In this document: positions 62,443 through 64,000 of the stretch, in pieces | How the letters are laid out: the number at the start of each line of letters is the position of its first letter | Position numbering within the stretch: the first letter of the stretch is position 1 | Assembly: GCA_046290465.1 (NCBI GenBank) | Contig: JBKAGP010000001.1 | Location: 1,856,001 to 1,920,000 of the forward strand | Source of the DNA: Planctomycetota bacterium | GTDB lineage: Bacteria > Planctomycetota > UBA1135 > UBA2386 | Direction: 5' to 3' | DNA: 64,000 nt | Position numbers and translations under genes: made by a program | The notes under the pieces: generated by a model | The model's input: the letters and a program-made list of their open reading frames with translations, nothing else | Databases searched by the model: none | Told to the model about the DNA's origin: nothing

Positions 62443-63480
62443 CTACTGCCAACGGAACCAGCGCATCGCCAGCGTGAAACAGATCAGGCCGGCGGCCGCC
62501 AGCGCGGTCACCGGCAGCCAGACGTCCAACAGCGAACCGGGCTCCAGCATCACGTCGCGCAGCGCCCGGTTGACGTGCGTCAGCGGCATGCTCTCGGCAG
62601 CCCAGCGCATCGGCCCCTCGAGGCCTTCGTTGGCGAAGAAGGTGCCGCCCAGCACCCACATCGGCAGCTGCACGGCGTTCATCAGTCCGCCGATGGTCTC
62701 GGTGGTGCGCGCGCGCGAGGCCAGCAGGCAACCGAGACCGGTGAAGGTCCAGGCGCCGACGACGATCACCACCAGCGCCGCGAGCAGGCTGCCGCGGAAC
62801 GGCACCCCCCACAAGAACACGCCGAAGCTCATGATCGCGAAGGCCTCGGGGATCACCAGGATCGAGCGGCCGAGCAGGTAGCCGGCGAGGAACTCGGAGC
62901 GCTTCATCGGCGTGACGAAGATGCGTCGCAGCAGGTTGCCGACCCGCATCTGCACCAGGTTGAAGCCGACCCCCCACATGCCCGCGCCGAGCAGGTTGAG
63001 GCCGATCAGGCCGGGGATCAGGAAGTCGATGTAGCGCGAACCGGGTCGGTCCTCGACCTCGTGCACCGGTCGCTGGTAGTCGGTGTCGCCCGCGAACGCC
63101 TCGCGCAGGCGACGTTCGACCAGCAGCCGCGCCAGCATCGCCTCGGGCCGCGTCGGGTCGCTGCGCAGGACCTCGCGTTCGTCGCCCCAGCGCACGGTCA
63201 GCGCGACCCGGCCGCGGGCCAGCGCGCGGTCGGCCTCGTCGGTCGACAGCCATTCGACGTCGAGCAGCGGTTCGCCTTCGAGCGGCTTCAAGTTGACGCG
63301 CGCGACCTCGGAGTCGATGACGCCGACGCGCACCGGGTCGGGCTCGCCCGACTGGAACGCGAAGCCGAGCACCACCGCCATCATCAGCGGGAAGCCGTAG
63401 GTCCAGAACACCGCCTGCGGGCTGCGCCAGAACTCGAGGAACGCCTGGTGCGCCACCGCCTTGACCACGCGCCACCTCAC
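62443..63480 (-). CDS. ABC-2 type transporter permease
   Basis: YIDFLIPGLIG, LRRIFVTP, MPLTH; GTGA-coupled to the ATPase. Confidence 0.9.
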   Translation of the reverse strand: MRWRVVKAVAHQAFLEFWRSPQAVFWTYGFPLMMAVVLGFAFQSGEPDPVRVGVIDSEVARVNLKPLEGEPLLDVEWLSTDEADRALARGRVALTVRWGDEREVLRSDPTRPEAMLARLLVERRLREAFAGDTDYQRPVHEVEDRPGSRYIDFLIPGLIGLNLLGAGMWGVGFNLVQMRVGNLLRRIFVTPMKRSEFLAGYLLGRSILVIPEAFAIMSFGVFLWGVPFRGSLLAALVVIVVGAWTFTGLGCLLASRARTTETIGGLMNAVQLPMWVLGGTFFANEGLEGPMRWAAESMPLTHVNRALRDVMLEPGSLLDVWLPVTALAAAGLICFTLAMRWFRWQ

Positions 63481-64000
63481 GCCGCGTCTCCTTCGCGCAG
63501 CTGGCGGCCGGTCAGGTGCACGAACACGTCCTCGAGCGTCGCGTGCCGCGTCGCCAGGCCGTCGATCGCGACCTCCCGCTGCTCGAGCAGGTCGAGCACG
63601 GCGGGCAGCGCCCGGTGCACCGACGCGACCGTGCACTCGACGCGATCGCCGCGCCGCTCGATCGCGACCACGTCCGGCAGCGCCAGGAACGCAGCGTCGT
63701 CCGGAGCGCGGTCGGCATCGACCAGGTCGACGACCACGAAGTGCTCGGCGCCCAGCGAACGGATCAGCTCCGCCGGCGAGCCGAGCGCGATCACCTTGCC
63801 GCGATCGACGATCGCGACCCGGTCGCACAGTTGCTGCGCCTCGTCCATGTAGTGGGTCGTCAGCAGCACGGTGCCGCCCTCGGCCTGGTAGTCGCGCACG
63901 ACCTGCCACAGCTGCCGCCGCGACTGCGGGTCGAGGCCGGTGGTCGGCTCGTCGAGAAACAACAGGTCCGGATCGCCGAGCAGCGCCGTCGCCACCGCGA
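63477..64000 (-). CDS. ABC transporter ATP-binding protein (5' end outside the window)
   Basis: LFLDEPTTGLD, LTTHYMDEA, TLEDVF. Confidence 0.93.
   Translation of the reverse strand, partial: AVATALLGDPDLLFLDEPTTGLDPQSRRQLWQVVRDYQAEGGTVLLTTHYMDEAQQLCDRVAIVDRGKVIALGSPAELIRSLGAEHFVVVDLVDADRAPDDAAFLALPDVVAIERRGDRVECTVASVHRALPAVLDLLEQREVAIDGLATRHATLEDVFVHLTGRQLREGDAA

Overview
Very GC-rich (about 70% by eye), gene-dense bacterial window, probably Planctomycetota (inferred from the ribH-nusB-ftsY order, an FGE-domain Ser/Thr kinase and many secreted orphan proteins). I support about 54 CDS and saw no rRNA, tRNA, CRISPR array or transposase. Recognisable modules: a prkA-yeaH-spoVR operon; two tandem glutaminyl-cyclase-like M28 genes; an aminophosphonate catabolism cluster (PhnX-like HAD, FAD oxidoreductase, PhnZ-like HD, DUF5690 transporter); ribH/nusB/ftsY; a large peptidoglycan-sugar salvage region (GH3-serine hydrolase fusion, SGNH, nagB, NagX-like, murQ, SSS transporter, two NamZ); a two-component system; topB; and an ABC exporter. 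Main patterns read from the sequence: (1) 11 of 12 apparent SPase I substrates have Gln at +1, beside two animal-type glutaminyl-cyclase-like genes (a Bacteroidetes-style Q-rule); (2) three unrelated secreted proteins share a similar C-terminal domain, and an orphan copy of one C-terminus lies behind nusB; (3) TANNNT sits 6-8 nt before many start codons, suggesting leaderless transcripts; (4) REP-like hairpin repeats. All family calls come from motif recognition only, with no database search, and start codons were chosen by eye.
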